Source of the DNA: an uncultured Klebsiella sp.
GTDB lineage: Bacteria > Verrucomicrobiota > Verrucomicrobiia > Limisphaerales > SXTU01
NCBI GenBank assembly: GCA_964578245.1
Contig: CAZOCL010000004.1
Span: forward strand, 39 to 64,038
Reading direction: 5' to 3'
DNA length: 64,000 nt
Shown here in pieces: positions 63,942-64,000 of this stretch. Position 1 is the first letter of the stretch, and every line of letters starts with the position of its first letter. Below the pieces are notes generated by a model, which was given only the letters and a program-made list of their open reading frames with translations, searched no databases and was not told where the DNA came from. Made by a program: the position numbers and the translations under genes.

Positions 63942-64000
63942 ATGCAACCCGCTCCCAAACCCGAACCCGTCGCCGACGTGACGCTCTTCCTCGAGGGCAC
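63942..64000 (+). CDS. pelF: PelF-like glycosyltransferase, 5' fragment (continues beyond window)
   Basis: Only 19 codons: MQPAPKPEPVADVTLFLEG. The PVADV.L.LEG start resembles the P. aeruginosa PelF N-terminus (..PVADVCLLLEGT..) as I recall it, and its position after pelE fits. Confidence 0.45.
   Translation, partial: MQPAPKPEPVADVTLFLEG

Noticed and set aside
1-64000. Mobile genetic element or defence island (transposase, integrase, toxin-antitoxin, restriction-modification, cas)
   Set aside because: No ORF has a recognisable DDE or tyrosine/serine recombinase, nuclease-helicase, or other defence signature. The only nuclease-like gene is an isolated Cho-like GIY-YIG protein. The repeats are short and non-coding.

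Overview
High-GC bacterial chromosomal window (hand-counted 60-nt lines are about 70% G+C in typical coding sequence). I recognise no rRNA, tRNA, CRISPR array, transposase or integrase. Positions ~1-43.8 kb form one uninterrupted plus-strand block of ~41 genes for an ABC-transporter-dependent (Wzm/Wzt) cell-surface glycan. It holds 13 glycosyltransferase-like genes, 4 AT3 acyltransferases, 4 methyltransferases, 2 DegT-type aminotransferases and a WbpB/WbpD/WbpE-like trio. It also holds an AsnB-type amidotransferase, a PIG-L deacetylase, GNAT and CelD-like acyltransferases, an SGNH hydrolase, and a carbamoyltransferase with SxtJ-like and DUF5989-like partners. Many neighbouring genes overlap start on stop (ATGA/GTGA/TTGA), and I see only one canonical intrinsic terminator, at 43779-43810. 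Downstream lie an MsbA-type ABC exporter, a convergent pnuC-nadR pair, an OFA-family MFS transporter with an untracked 47-aa small-subunit ORF, and a REC-PAS-HK-REC hybrid kinase. Then come a secreted CxxCH protein, a GH5 enzyme with a duplicated binding module, a Cho-like GIY-YIG protein and two SGNH esterases. The window ends in a pel-type exopolysaccharide cluster (pelC-pelD-pelE-pelF') that has no pelA/pelB directly upstream. The least ordinary features are as follows. (i) Several families of 40-155 bp hairpin or terminal-inverted-repeat elements fill intergenic gaps, including every gap inside the pel cluster. (ii) A four-helix-bundle (23S-IVS-type) gene cassette sits between wzm and wzt. 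(iii) Low-GC mosaic patches occur, one exactly over the Wzt C-terminal domain. (iv) The carbamoyltransferase/SxtJ/DUF5989 triad is embedded in a glycan locus. All family calls come from reading translated motifs by eye; no database search was possible. The repeat families and gene content remind me of Verrucomicrobiota/Planctomycetota, but that is an unverified impression.
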